Source: an uncultured Pelagibacteraceae bacterium (GTDB lineage: Bacteria; Pseudomonadota; Alphaproteobacteria; Pelagibacterales; Pelagibacteraceae). From it: DNA of 64,000 nucleotides. Positions 1 through 9,661 of the stretch are shown here, one piece after another. The notes under the pieces are model-generated. The model saw only the letters and a list, made by a program, of their open reading frames with translations, was not told where the DNA came from and ran no database searches. Made by a program: the position numbers and the translations under genes. Location: NCBI GenBank assembly GCA_902591025.1, contig CACIZB010000004.1, positions 9,742-73,741 on the forward strand, in the 5' to 3' direction. The stretch's first letter is position 1. The number at the start of each line of letters is the position of its first letter.

Positions 1-691
1 TAAAGTTGAAGATGTAGCTATGTTAGCAAAGGTATTGATAAAGAAAGATAAATATGATCCAGCTACGATTCATTACTCTACAGAAAATATTTTAACTGAA
101 ACTAAGAAAGGCCCAATTTTTGAGCCTAAGTTTATTTTTTATAAAACTGATCATTGGAAAATAATTGATAAAAAATCACGAGAGTCTTTTGAATATTTTA
201 TTAAATCTTTTAAGAAAAATATTGAGATATTTGATACTCCCTCATATTTTAAGGATATACACAAATATCACCAAATTATTCATGAAACAGACTTAGCAAA
301 TAATTTTTCTGTTTATTTTCAAAAATTTAAAAAGAAACTTTCAAAGTATATGCAGGATGCCATTTCAAATGGAAATAAATACACCGCAAAAGAATACGCC
401 GAGGCAATTGATTTTATGAAAAGAAGTTATGAGTCTTATGAAGAAGTATTTGAAGACTATCATGGAGTATTATCGCCATCTAGTCCAGGTGTTGCACCTA
501 AAGGATTAAAGAGTACTGGAACAGCAGAATTTAACAAAGTCTGGTCTTATCTAGGTACCCCTTGCATATCACTGCCTTTACTTGAGGGTGAAAATAATCT
601 ACCATTAGGAATTCAATTAATTGGCAACAAATATGATGATCATAGATTTTTAGGTATTGCCAATTGGCTTGAAAAGGAGTGTCAGGATTAA
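1..691 (+). CDS. Amidase-signature family protein, C-terminal part (5' end outside window)
   Basis: The frame is open upstream of ATG20 (KVEDVAMLAK). The C-terminus WSYLGTPCISLPL..LPLGIQLIG..DD.RFL is typical of amidase-family proteins. Confidence 0.75.
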   Translation, partial: KVEDVAMLAKVLIKKDKYDPATIHYSTENILTETKKGPIFEPKFIFYKTDHWKIIDKKSRESFEYFIKSFKKNIEIFDTPSYFKDIHKYHQIIHETDLANNFSVYFQKFKKKLSKYMQDAISNGNKYTAKEYAEAIDFMKRSYESYEEVFEDYHGVLSPSSPGVAPKGLKSTGTAEFNKVWSYLGTPCISLPLLEGENNLPLGIQLIGNKYDDHRFLGIANWLEKECQD

Positions 692-695
692 TTGT

Positions 696-872
696 ATGAA
701 TAAAATAACAACAATAATAGGTTTGTCATTTGCTGTTTTCTTTTTAATTGGTTTAGCAACCACTCTTACTAGATCAATGATGATTGGTTTTTTAGATGTA
801 ATACCGGTCTATTTGTTAATGGGCGCTGCCATCATAATGATGATTTACGAAGCCTTTTTTGATAAAAGTTAA
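696..872 (+). CDS. Small two-TM membrane protein (58 aa), unknown function
   Basis: ATG at 696 lies just after the amidase stop. The protein has two hydrophobic segments and fills the gap between co-oriented genes. Confidence 0.65.
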   Translation: MNKITTIIGLSFAVFFLIGLATTLTRSMMIGFLDVIPVYLLMGAAIIMMIYEAFFDKS

Positions 873-883
873 TCTATCGTAAA

Positions 884-1789
884 TTGAATAATTCGAAAAA
901 AAATTTTTTTTCATTTTCCTTATTATTTATTCAGCCAATTTTTATGGCTAGTAATCTTGTTGTAGCCAGAGGTGGTGTCGAGTTTGTACCTCCAATATCA
1001 TTAGCTTTTTGGAGATGGACACTAGTTTTCTTGATATTATTACCTTTCACATACATAACATTAAAAAAAAATTTTAAGATTATTAAAAAAGAATATAAAA
1101 AATTATTTTTTTTAGGCTCAATGGGATGTGGTGTATGTGGAGCCTTTCCATTTTTAGCAGGTGAGACTACAACTGTGACCAATATGGGAATTATTTACAC
1201 ATCTTCGCCTGTGTTCATAATTTTGATTTCATACTTTTTTTTCCATGAAAAAATAAATTTTACAAAAATAATTGGATTAATCGCATGTTTAATAGGTGTC
1301 TTTACAATCATTATAAAAGGAGATTTAAATTTATTAATAAATTTACAATTCACAATTGGTGATTTATGGATGTTAGCTGCTGCTATTGGATGGGCATTAT
1401 ATTCAATTTATTTGTTTTACTGGAATTCAGAACTAAAAATTTTCGAAAGATTTACCTTAATATCATTTTTTGGAGCTTTGAGTTTATTACCATTCTATAT
1501 AGGTGAGGAAATATTTTATAAACAGACAGTTTTTATGCCTGAATTTTATTTTTGGGTCATCTTTGCTGCTATTTCACCAGGAATAATTGCTTTTACACTT
1601 TACACTGTTGCCCAAAAAAAATTAGGTGCGTCTTTAACAGGTTTCACTCTTTATATTTTTACAGTCTATGGAGCAATTTATGGGTATTTTTTATTTGATG
1701 AAAAATTTGAAAATTATCATTTGATTGGAACGATCCTGGTATTTTTTGGCATATACTTAGCAAAAAAAAAAAATGTTAAAAAAGTTTAG
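884..1789 (+). CDS. DMT/EamA family transporter
   Basis: About 10 TM segments, with PPISLAFWRW and GDLWML.AAIGWALYS motifs. TTG start. Confidence 0.85.
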   Translation: MNNSKKNFFSFSLLFIQPIFMASNLVVARGGVEFVPPISLAFWRWTLVFLILLPFTYITLKKNFKIIKKEYKKLFFLGSMGCGVCGAFPFLAGETTTVTNMGIIYTSSPVFIILISYFFFHEKINFTKIIGLIACLIGVFTIIIKGDLNLLINLQFTIGDLWMLAAAIGWALYSIYLFYWNSELKIFERFTLISFFGALSLLPFYIGEEIFYKQTVFMPEFYFWVIFAAISPGIIAFTLYTVAQKKLGASLTGFTLYIFTVYGAIYGYFLFDEKFENYHLIGTILVFFGIYLAKKKNVKKV

Positions 1790-2591
1790 GAATATTTTGT
1801 TGTCACTTCTTCAAATAATTATTTTTGTATATCTTATAATTTTAGTTTTTTTATACTTTTATCAGAGAAATTTACTATATCACCCAAATGAAAATAATTA
1901 TTCTGGCGATCAAATATCGGTACCTATTGAAAAAGTAAAAATTAAGACGGAGGATAACATTGATTTATTGGGCTGGTTTCATGAAAAAGACTTACAAAAA
2001 TATAAAACCGTTTTATATTTTCACGGAAATGCCGGTTCCCTTGAAAATAGAATTCATAAATTAAACCATTTCCATAAAATGGATGTTAATTTTTTAATAA
2101 TTGCCTGGAGAGGCTTTAGTGGCAATAAAGGTAAGCCATCTGAGGAAGGCCTTTATAAAGATGGAAGAAGTGGAATAAATTGGCTAGTTAGAAAAGGTAT
2201 AAAGGAAGAAAATATTGTTATTTATGGCGAGTCATTAGGAACTGGCGTTGCAACTCATTTGTCACAAAATAAAAATTTTGCTGGCGTTGTATTAGAAACT
2301 CCTTTTACTTCTATGATTGATGCAGCCAAAACTTTTTATCCGTATGTACCTGTAAGTTTATTATTGAAAGACAAATTTGATAATAAAAGCAAAATTAACA
2401 ACATAAAAGTTCCAATTTTAATAATGCATGGCGAGGCTGATCAAATAGTTCCATTTTTTATGGGAAAAAAAATGTATGAGAAAGCAAATGAACCAAAATA
2501 TTCTTACTTTACAAAATATGACAATCATATGATGGAGTACGATGAAAACCTTGTTAAAGCTCTTAACTCGTTTTTAAAAAGTTTAAATTAA
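1773..2591 (+). CDS. Membrane-anchored alpha/beta hydrolase (ABHD13/Bem46-like)
   Basis: N-terminal TM followed by QR.LLYHP, YFHGNAG, nucleophile elbow GESLG and HGEADQIVP. Confidence 0.85.
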   Translation: MLKKFRNILLSLLQIIIFVYLIILVFLYFYQRNLLYHPNENNYSGDQISVPIEKVKIKTEDNIDLLGWFHEKDLQKYKTVLYFHGNAGSLENRIHKLNHFHKMDVNFLIIAWRGFSGNKGKPSEEGLYKDGRSGINWLVRKGIKEENIVIYGESLGTGVATHLSQNKNFAGVVLETPFTSMIDAAKTFYPYVPVSLLLKDKFDNKSKINNIKVPILIMHGEADQIVPFFMGKKMYEKANEPKYSYFTKYDNHMMEYDENLVKALNSFLKSLN

Positions 2592-2640
2592 GCCACAATC
2601 TTAACAAATATACCTCAAGAATTTAATTAATAAAAAGATT

Positions 2641-3204
2641 ATGAAAAGATTATTTGTTTTATTTATTGTATTCTTTGTTTTTATCACCAACCTTTATTCA
2701 CAAGATGAATTTTTTCAACCAGATGATTTATTTCATATAGATCATATGGATTCTCATAACAAAGAATTTAGCTTATATTTTAAAGGAAGAGAAAAATCTA
2801 TTTTAGCAAGAGGCGAGAATGAAAATTATATAAATGATTATCCAAAAGATCTTTATATTTATAATCATTTAACAAAGTCCTCTTTACCTCTAATTTCTTA
2901 TGAGTGGTTTCCTTCGCAAGCCAAATATTTTTTACAAGAATATGATTTTCCAGTGTTTCCAGATGATTTTGCATATTATTTATTAAAAGATGACAAAACA
3001 TTAGTAATGATTAGCGCTGTGAAAAGTTTAAATGCTAATTTTAAATACGACATCAGAAGTAAAAAATTAGAACTTTATCCTACCACTGGTAAATTCGACT
3101 TTATAATCTCCTCATTTTCTAAAGATTGCGGTCATTATAAATTTGATGATAATTATAAATGTAATATCTATAAACCTTTGATTTCTAGTAATTTAATCAA
3201 TTAA
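2641..3204 (+). CDS. Hypothetical exported protein
   Basis: Signal-peptide-like N-terminus MKRLFVLFIVFFVFITNLYS. No family recognised. 187 aa ORF in AT-rich DNA. Confidence 0.7.
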   Translation: MKRLFVLFIVFFVFITNLYSQDEFFQPDDLFHIDHMDSHNKEFSLYFKGREKSILARGENENYINDYPKDLYIYNHLTKSSLPLISYEWFPSQAKYFLQEYDFPVFPDDFAYYLLKDDKTLVMISAVKSLNANFKYDIRSKKLELYPTTGKFDFIISSFSKDCGHYKFDDNYKCNIYKPLISSNLIN

Positions 3205-4114
3205 TTTGAGTAAAAGCCTCGGCAAATTTTTCTGCTTCGAACAACTCTAAGTCGTCTTCTTTTTCACCCAAGCCTAGCGCAATAATTGGAATTTCATATT
3301 TTTTTGCTAGCGCTAACAAAATTCCTCCCTTGGCTGTACCATCTAATTTTGTCATCACGATACCTGTTATTGGGATGATTTTATTAAACTCTTCGACTTG
3401 ATTTAATACATTTTGTCCTGAGGTTGCATCTAAAATTAAAATAACATTATGGGGTGCGTTAGGATCTATTTTTTTCATGACACTTGCTATCTTTTTATAT
3501 TCTTCCATTAAATTTTTTTTATTTTGGAGTCTTCCCGCAGTATCGATCAAAACTTGATCAAAATTATTTTTAATAGCTTCATCTACTGCTTTAAAAGCAA
3601 CAGAGGCGGGATCAGCTCCTTGAGATGATTTTACTATTTGAACATCTACTTTACTCGCCCAATTTTCTAGTTGTTCAATTGCAGCGGCACGAAATGTATC
3701 TGAAGCTGCAAATATGACTTTACTGCCGTTGTTCTTTAATATCTTCCCTATTTTACCGATAGTTGTTGTTTTCCCAACACCGTTCACCCCAGAAATTAAT
3801 GTTGCATTAAGTTTTTCTTTTTTATGAAAAAAGGATTTATTTTCCAAAGGTCTCATCAAAGAAATTATGTATTCTTTTAAAATAGAGTTTATCTCTTTAG
3901 TTAGATCTTTATTTGGATCAATTTTTTTTCTAGAAATTATTTCCTTTATTTCAGAAGCAGCCTCAACTCCCACATCTGATCGAATTAAAAATTCCTCAAT
4001 TTTATTTAAATTTTCGTCATTAATTTCTTTTTTGACTATTATTTCTTTAAGTCCAGATGTAAATGCTGATGCACTTTTCTTAAATCCAATTTTAAATTTA
4101 TCAAAGATTCCCAT
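3197..4114 (-). CDS. ftsY: SRP receptor FtsY (short NG-only form)
   Basis: GVNGVGKTTT, DTFRAAA, DTAGR, TKLDGTAKGG. Confidence 0.97.
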   Translation of the reverse strand: MGIFDKFKIGFKKSASAFTSGLKEIIVKKEINDENLNKIEEFLIRSDVGVEAASEIKEIISRKKIDPNKDLTKEINSILKEYIISLMRPLENKSFFHKKEKLNATLISGVNGVGKTTTIGKIGKILKNNGSKVIFAASDTFRAAAIEQLENWASKVDVQIVKSSQGADPASVAFKAVDEAIKNNFDQVLIDTAGRLQNKKNLMEEYKKIASVMKKIDPNAPHNVILILDATSGQNVLNQVEEFNKIIPITGIVMTKLDGTAKGGILLALAKKYEIPIIALGLGEKEDDLELFEAEKFAEAFTQIN

Positions 4115-4938
4115 TACAGTTTTATATTTATTTCTTTAATATTTGAAACAGGTCCTTTCATATGAATAGAATTTTTTTCATCTATAGAAATTGATAATTT
4201 TCCAGTTGCAAACTCTATATCAGTTTTATTTTCTGTAAGATTATTTAATTTGCCTGCATATGCTGTAGCACATGCTGCAGTTCCGCAAGCCTTAGTAAGA
4301 CCAGCTCCTCTCTCCCAAACTTTTACTTTGATCAAATTTTTATTAAAAATTTGCGCAATTGTTACGTTACATTTTTCTGGGAAGATTTCGTGATTTTCTA
4401 TTTCAGGGCCAATTTTCTCCATATTGAAATTCTCAATTTTTTTAACAAAAAAAACAATATGTGGGTTACCCACATTAATTGCAGTGCCACCTAAGTGCTC
4501 TTTGTTATTTGTATCAATAATTTTGATATTTAAGTTTTTTGTATCCATTTCTTTTGATAAAGGTATTTCATTCCATTTTAACTTTGGTTTACCAATTTCT
4601 GTTGTAACAATTTTTTTCTCTAAAATTTCAGATTTTAATTTTCCAGATAGCGTATTTAAAATTATTGACTTGTTATTTTTTTCATTTGAGATCAAATTTG
4701 CAACACATCTAGTTCCATTTCCACATGCTCCGGACTCTCCTCCATCTGAATTAAAAAATCTTAAATTTGCATCTGCAGAACTATCTGGCTCAATAAATAT
4801 TAGTTGATCACAGCCAATAAAATTTCTGTCACAAATTTTAATTATCTGATCTTTTGTCAAATTGATAATTTTTTTTCTATTATCGATTATCACAAAATCA
4901 TTACCCAATCCGTCCATTTTAAAAGCTTTGATGTCCAT
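4114..4938 (-). CDS. dapF: Diaminopimelate epimerase
   Basis: KMDGLGNDF, CGNGTRC, VGNPH, ERGAGLT.ACGT. Confidence 0.97.
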   Translation of the reverse strand: MDIKAFKMDGLGNDFVIIDNRKKIINLTKDQIIKICDRNFIGCDQLIFIEPDSSADANLRFFNSDGGESGACGNGTRCVANLISNEKNNKSIILNTLSGKLKSEILEKKIVTTEIGKPKLKWNEIPLSKEMDTKNLNIKIIDTNNKEHLGGTAINVGNPHIVFFVKKIENFNMEKIGPEIENHEIFPEKCNVTIAQIFNKNLIKVKVWERGAGLTKACGTAACATAYAGKLNNLTENKTDIEFATGKLSISIDEKNSIHMKGPVSNIKEINIKL

Positions 4939-4990
4939 ATATAGTTATTTAACTTATTTATTGACTTTTTGAACCTCTATTATAGTTTGT

Positions 4991-5086
4991 GGCAGTTTCC
5001 GCAAAAACATTAAATTTGCGGTGTCTTTGGAAACAAAGAGATCGACACTAGTCAGCGAGGGTTCGCCCACTAGTGCGATTACTGCT
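4991..5086 (+). ncRNA. ffh leader structured RNA (cis-regulatory motif)
   Basis: GC-rich island in the ffh 5' UTR. Stems: ggcagt(4991)/actgct(5081); ccgcaaa(4999)/tttgcgg(5015); tctttg-GAAA-caaaga(5024-5039); cactagt(5046)/actagtg(5069) enclosing ggg-TTCG-ccc. An ffh leader motif is known from Pelagibacter and other alphaproteobacteria. Confidence 0.8.
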
Positions 5087-5099
5087 GTGTGTAATAAAT

Positions 5100-6458
5100 A
5101 TGTTTGAAAATTTAACAAATAAATTTGAGGAAGTTTTTTCCTCTCTAAAAAAAGCCCCATCCCTTGATGAAAATCAGGTTGATGAGGGATTGAGAGGAAT
5201 AAGACAAGCTTTATTAGAAGCTGATGTGTCTCTTGAGGTTGCTAAAGATTTTATTGAAAAGGTTAAACCAAAAGCATTAGGTCAAGAAATTATTAGATCA
5301 ACATCACCTGGTGATATGGTGGTAAAAATTGTTTATGATGAATTAGTTAATCTTTTAGGTGAAAAAAATAATGATATAAATTTAAATGCAGTTCCACCAG
5401 TGCCAATGATGCTGGTCGGGCTACAAGGTTCTGGTAAAACAACAACAACTGCCAAACTTGCGAGATATTTAGAGAATACAAAAAAAAAGAAAGTAATGAT
5501 GGTCAGTTTAGATATTTACAGACCAGCCGCTCAAGAGCAGTTAAAATCTTTAGGTGAACAAAATAATATATTAACTCTTCCAATAATTGAGGGTCAACAA
5601 CCCAGTGATATTTGTCAAAGAGCAATTAGCGCAGCAAACTTGAATGGCGCAGATATTATCTTATTCGATACTGCTGGTAGAACACAAATAGATTTGCAGA
5701 TGATGAGTGAAATTAAGCAAATTGAAAATGCCATTAAACCTGCAGAGACGTTTTTAGTTGCTGACTCACTCACTGGACAGGTAGCTGCATCAGTAGCAAA
5801 AGAGTTTAATAATACAGTAAATTTATCTGGAATTATTTTAACAAGAGCAGATGGTGATGCGAGGGGCGGGGCTGCTGTAAGTATGAAATTTGTTTCACGG
5901 GTCCCAATTAAATTTTTAGGTATTGGTGAAAAGATCGAAAATCTTGAAGTTTTTCACCCAGATAGAATTGCAAATAGAATTCTTGGCATGGGAGATATTG
6001 TTTCTCTTGTTGAAAAAGCAGCCCAAGATCTTGGGGAAGAAAATATAAAAAAAACAGAGGAAAATTTAAAAAAAGGACAATTCTCAATGCAAGATTATTT
6101 AACTCAACTGAGACAAATGAAAAAAATGGGGGGGATCGAAGGCATCATGTCTTTCATGCCAGGAGTTTCAAAGGTCAAATCTCAAATGGATGCTGCGGGT
6201 ATTGATGAGAGTGTTATTACAAAAAATGAGGCTATAATTTTATCAATGACTAAAAAAGAGAGAGAGAACCCAAAAATAATTGATGGTTCTAGAAAAAAAA
6301 GAATTGCTAATGGCTCAGGAACTGATCCAGCCACTATCAATAAATTGTTAAAACAATTTAAAATGATGTCTGAAATGATGAAGAAGATGTCAAAAGGAAA
6401 TCTGAAAGGTATGTCTGATAAAGGAATACCTCCAGAATTATTTAATCAATTAAAATAA
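5100..6458 (+). CDS. ffh: Signal recognition particle protein Ffh
   Basis: Starts MFENL at ATG5100. GLQGSGKTTT, DTAGR, RILGMGD and M domain SRKKRIANGSG. Confidence 0.98.
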   Translation: MFENLTNKFEEVFSSLKKAPSLDENQVDEGLRGIRQALLEADVSLEVAKDFIEKVKPKALGQEIIRSTSPGDMVVKIVYDELVNLLGEKNNDINLNAVPPVPMMLVGLQGSGKTTTTAKLARYLENTKKKKVMMVSLDIYRPAAQEQLKSLGEQNNILTLPIIEGQQPSDICQRAISAANLNGADIILFDTAGRTQIDLQMMSEIKQIENAIKPAETFLVADSLTGQVAASVAKEFNNTVNLSGIILTRADGDARGGAAVSMKFVSRVPIKFLGIGEKIENLEVFHPDRIANRILGMGDIVSLVEKAAQDLGEENIKKTEENLKKGQFSMQDYLTQLRQMKKMGGIEGIMSFMPGVSKVKSQMDAAGIDESVITKNEAIILSMTKKERENPKIIDGSRKKRIANGSGTDPATINKLLKQFKMMSEMMKKMSKGNLKGMSDKGIPPELFNQLK

Positions 6459-6470
6459 AAAGGAGAGTAA

Positions 6471-6953
6471 ATGCTAAAATTAAGATTATCTAGAGGTGGT
6501 ACAAAAAAGAGGCCTGTTTATAAGGTTGTTGTAGCCGACAGTCGATTTGCCAGAGATGGTAGATTTATAGAGAAAGTAGGTTTTTTTAATCCGTTGTTAC
6601 CAAAAGAAAAAAAGGAAAGAATTGGATTAGAGGCTGAGAGAATAAAATATTGGTTGGGTCAGGGTGCACAACCTACGACAAGAGTAGCTAGAATTTTAGG
6701 TGAGAATGAATTGATGCCTATGCCTGCTAATGGAAATAACCCACAAAAAGCAATTCCAAAAAAAGATAGAAAAAAAGAAGGTTCGGAAGAGAACAAAAAA
6801 GAAGAGTCTCCAAAGACAGATGCTGCTCCAGCTGGAGAAGCTAAAAAAGAAGAAGCGCCAAAAGCTGAAGCTAAAAAAGAAGAAGCGCCAAAAGCTGAGG
6901 CTAAAAAAGAAGAAGCGCCAAAAGCTGAAGCAAAAAAAGAGGAGAAGAAATAA
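6471..6953 (+). CDS. rpsP: 30S ribosomal protein S16 with long repetitive C-terminal tail
   Basis: [32 protein letters not shown] clear SD (aaggag) lies just upstream. Confidence 0.97.
   Translation: MLKLRLSRGGTKKRPVYKVVVADSRFARDGRFIEKVGFFNPLLPKEKKERIGLEAERIKYWLGQGAQPTTRVARILGENELMPMPANGNNPQKAIPKKDRKKEGSEENKKEESPKTDAAPAGEAKKEEAPKAEAKKEEAPKAEAKKEEAPKAEAKKEEKK
6837..6940 (+). repeat. In-frame 30-bp tandem repeat, about 3.5 copies ([10 protein letters not shown])
   Basis: gaagctaaaaaagaagaagcgccaaaagct is repeated almost identically from 6837. Confidence 0.95.
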
Positions 6954-6967
6954 AGTAAAGGATATTA

Positions 6968-7654
6968 ATGTTGCAAGCTCAAGTATTTACACTTTATCCA
7001 GATATTTTTCCTGGGCCTTTAGGAAAGGGTCTTTACGGAAAAGCAATGTCTAAAAAATTGTGGAGTTTGAATGTGATAAATATTAGAGATGCAGCTACAG
7101 ACAAACATAAAACAGTTGATGATACTCCTTACGGTGGTGGAACAGGTATGTTATTAAAACCTGATGTTTTAGCAAATTCTATCGATAAAAACATAAATAA
7201 AGGAGATAGGATTTTGTATCTTTCACCGAAGGGTAAAGTTTTTAATCAAAAACTTGCGCAAGATCTATCATTAGAAAAATCTTTCTCATTAATTTGCGGT
7301 CATTTCGAAGGTGTCGATGAGAGAGTATTATCTACAAGAAATATTGAGGAGATTAGTGTAGGAGACTATGTATTGTCAGGTGGAGAAACTGCTGCGCTAG
7401 TAGTGCTTGATAGTGTATTGAGACTTTTACCTGGAGTCTTAGGGAATGATAAATCAGCTTCAGAAGAAACTTTTGAAAATGGCCTTTTGGAGTATCCACA
7501 ATATACCAAACCCCAGATTTGGGAGGAAAAATCTGTTCCAGATGTGTTATTATCTGGTGATCACGCTAAAATTAAAGACTGGCGTTTATCTCAATCTGAG
7601 GCTATAACACGCGACCGAAGACCAGATTTGTGGCAAAAATATAAGAAGAATTAA
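6968..7654 (+). CDS. trmD: tRNA (guanine37-N1)-methyltransferase
   Basis: [38 protein letters not shown]. Confidence 0.98.
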   Translation: MLQAQVFTLYPDIFPGPLGKGLYGKAMSKKLWSLNVINIRDAATDKHKTVDDTPYGGGTGMLLKPDVLANSIDKNINKGDRILYLSPKGKVFNQKLAQDLSLEKSFSLICGHFEGVDERVLSTRNIEEISVGDYVLSGGETAALVVLDSVLRLLPGVLGNDKSASEETFENGLLEYPQYTKPQIWEEKSVPDVLLSGDHAKIKDWRLSQSEAITRDRRPDLWQKYKKN

Positions 7655-7670
7655 TTTGTTAAATATTAAA

Positions 7671-8246
7671 ATGAAAACAATAGAAGAAATAAACCAAAAT
7701 AACGTTAAAAAAATTCTTTCAGAAAAAAAGATCCCTGATTTCTTTCCTGGAGATGTTGTTAAAGTTGGTGTCAGAATTACAGAGGGAAAAAAAGAGAGAA
7801 TTCAATATTTCGAAGGTGTTTGTATAGCGAAAAAAAATAGAAATTTAAACTCTTCATTTACAGTTAGAAAAATTTCTTTTGGAGAAGGGGTTGAAAGAAC
7901 TTTCCCATTATATGGAACTGTAATAGATACTATCAAGGTGATTAGATCAGGAAAAGTGAGAAGAGCGAAACTTTACTACCTAAGAGATAGAACTGGTAAA
8001 TCTGCTAGAATTGCGGAAAAAATAAGAAAAAAAATTGGTATAGATATTGAAGTTAAACCAGAGACAGTAAATGAAGAAAATGTAGCCCCAGCCGTAAAAG
8101 AATCAACTTCAGATGAAAAAGATGAGGCTTCACTATCAGATAAGATTAAAAAAGAGGAAATTTTAAAATCAGATGATAAGATGGATATATCTGCAGTTGA
8201 AAAAAAGACCGAAAAAAAACTTGAAAAGTTAAAAGAAAAAAAATAA
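7671..8246 (+). CDS. rplS: 50S ribosomal protein L19 with charged C-terminal extension
   Basis: [37 protein letters not shown]7671 is preferred over TTG7656. Confidence 0.97.
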   Translation: MKTIEEINQNNVKKILSEKKIPDFFPGDVVKVGVRITEGKKERIQYFEGVCIAKKNRNLNSSFTVRKISFGEGVERTFPLYGTVIDTIKVIRSGKVRRAKLYYLRDRTGKSARIAEKIRKKIGIDIEVKPETVNEENVAPAVKESTSDEKDEASLSDKIKKEEILKSDDKMDISAVEKKTEKKLEKLKEKK

Positions 8247-8257
8247 TTTTTTTTTTA

Positions 8258-9661
8258 ATGCCTAACACACTTTATGATAAAATATGGAATGACCATTTAG
8301 TTCATCAGCAAGATGACGGAACAGCACTATTATTTGTTGATAGGCATTTAGTACATGAAGTCACAAGTCCTCAAGCTTTTGAAGGGTTAAGAAACTCTAA
8401 ACGTAAAGTAAGACATCCAAAATTAACACTTGCTGTTGCAGATCATAATGTTCCGACTACAGATAGATCAAAAGGTATTTCTGACAAAGAGTCAAAAATA
8501 CAAGTAGAAACTCTAGAGGCAAACTGTAAAGAGTTTGGCATAAAATTATTTGGTATGAATGATAAAAGACAAGGAATCGTTCATGTAACTGGTCCTGAAC
8601 AAGGTTTCACTCAACCTGGTACAGTAATAGTTTGTGGAGATAGTCACACGGCAACCCATGGAGCTTTTGGTGCATTAGCGTTCGGAATAGGAACATCAGA
8701 AGTAGAACATGTTTTAGCGACTCAAACATTAGTCCAAAAAAAAGCAAAAAATTTTAGAATAAATGTAGAGGGTAAACTCCCATTAGGTGTTACCTCCAAA
8801 GATGTAATTCTTCAGATAATTGGAAAAATCGGAACAGCAGGGGGCACTGGTTGTGTCATTGAATATGCTGGAAATTTAATTACATCTTTAAGCGTGGAAC
8901 AAAGAATGACGATTTGCAATATGACAATTGAAGGAGGTGCTAGAGCTGGATTAATAGCACCTGATGAAAAAATATTTAAATATCTTGAAGGAAGACCTAT
9001 GTCACCTAAAGGTATTAACTGGGACAAAGCTAAAGAAAATTGGTTATCCTTAAAGACTGACGATGGAGCAAAATTTGACAAAGAAGTAAATCTAAAAGCT
9101 GAAGAAATTTTACCAATGGTAACATGGGGGACTTCTCCACAAGATGTAATTACTATTGATGAAAAAGTTCCAAATCCTCAAGACGAGATAGATGAAGATA
9201 AAAAAAATTCTTTAGAAAGAGCTTTAAATTATATGGGTTTAAAACCTAACATGGCAGCAAAAGATATAAAAATAGATAAGGTTTTTATTGGAAGTTGTAC
9301 GAATGGAAGAATTGAAGATTTAAGAGAAGCTGCAAAAATACTTAAAGATAAAAAAATTGCTTCTCATGTCCATGGCATGGTTGTTCCTGGATCTGGGTTG
9401 GTAAAAGAACAGGCTGAGCAAGAGGGGTTAGACAAAATATTTGTAAACTCTGGTTTTGAATGGAGAGAACCAGGTTGTTCAATGTGCCTTGCTATGAATG
9501 CAGACAAGCTAAAACCAGAGGAAAGGTGCGCATCAACCTCAAATAGGAATTTTGAAGGAAGACAAGGAAGAGGTGGAAGAACTCATTTAGTCAGTCCTGG
9601 AATGGCAGCTGCAGCAGCAATATCTGGCAGTCTTGATGACGTCAGAAAGTATCAAAATTAG
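8258..9661 (+). CDS. leuC: 3-isopropylmalate dehydratase large subunit
   Basis: [47 protein letters not shown]. Confidence 0.98.
   Translation: MPNTLYDKIWNDHLVHQQDDGTALLFVDRHLVHEVTSPQAFEGLRNSKRKVRHPKLTLAVADHNVPTTDRSKGISDKESKIQVETLEANCKEFGIKLFGMNDKRQGIVHVTGPEQGFTQPGTVIVCGDSHTATHGAFGALAFGIGTSEVEHVLATQTLVQKKAKNFRINVEGKLPLGVTSKDVILQIIGKIGTAGGTGCVIEYAGNLITSLSVEQRMTICNMTIEGGARAGLIAPDEKIFKYLEGRPMSPKGINWDKAKENWLSLKTDDGAKFDKEVNLKAEEILPMVTWGTSPQDVITIDEKVPNPQDEIDEDKKNSLERALNYMGLKPNMAAKDIKIDKVFIGSCTNGRIEDLREAAKILKDKKIASHVHGMVVPGSGLVKEQAEQEGLDKIFVNSGFEWREPGCSMCLAMNADKLKPEERCASTSNRNFEGRQGRGGRTHLVSPGMAAAAAISGSLDDVRKYQN

Noticed and set aside
1762-1773. A12 tract at the EamA / hydrolase overlap as a phase-variable site
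   Set aside because: Both ORFs appear full length, and long A/T runs are common throughout this genome. A length change would alter only the last few EamA residues.
4991-5086. GC-rich element as a tRNA or the SRP 4.5S RNA itself
   Set aside because: There is no cloverleaf with proper D/T arms or CCA, and no SRP domain IV GGAA-loop consensus. Its position fits a cis leader.
4954-5160. 68-aa - strand ORF across the ffh leader, and the upstream ffh start at 5073
   Set aside because: The ORF overlaps the ffh start and the structured RNA. Ffh homologues begin at MFE.L (5100).
6837-6940. 30-bp direct repeats as a possible CRISPR array
   Set aside because: The units are contiguous with no spacers, are in frame within rpsP, and no cas genes are present.
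6730-7053. 107-aa Lys-rich ORF overlapping rpsP and trmD
   Set aside because: It is an alternative-frame read-through of the A-rich 30-bp repeat and overlaps two clear genes.
8232-8256. A-run/T10 stretch between rplS and leuC as a terminator or leu attenuator
   Set aside because: The stem is almost purely A-U, there is no leader peptide, and the gap is only 11 nt.
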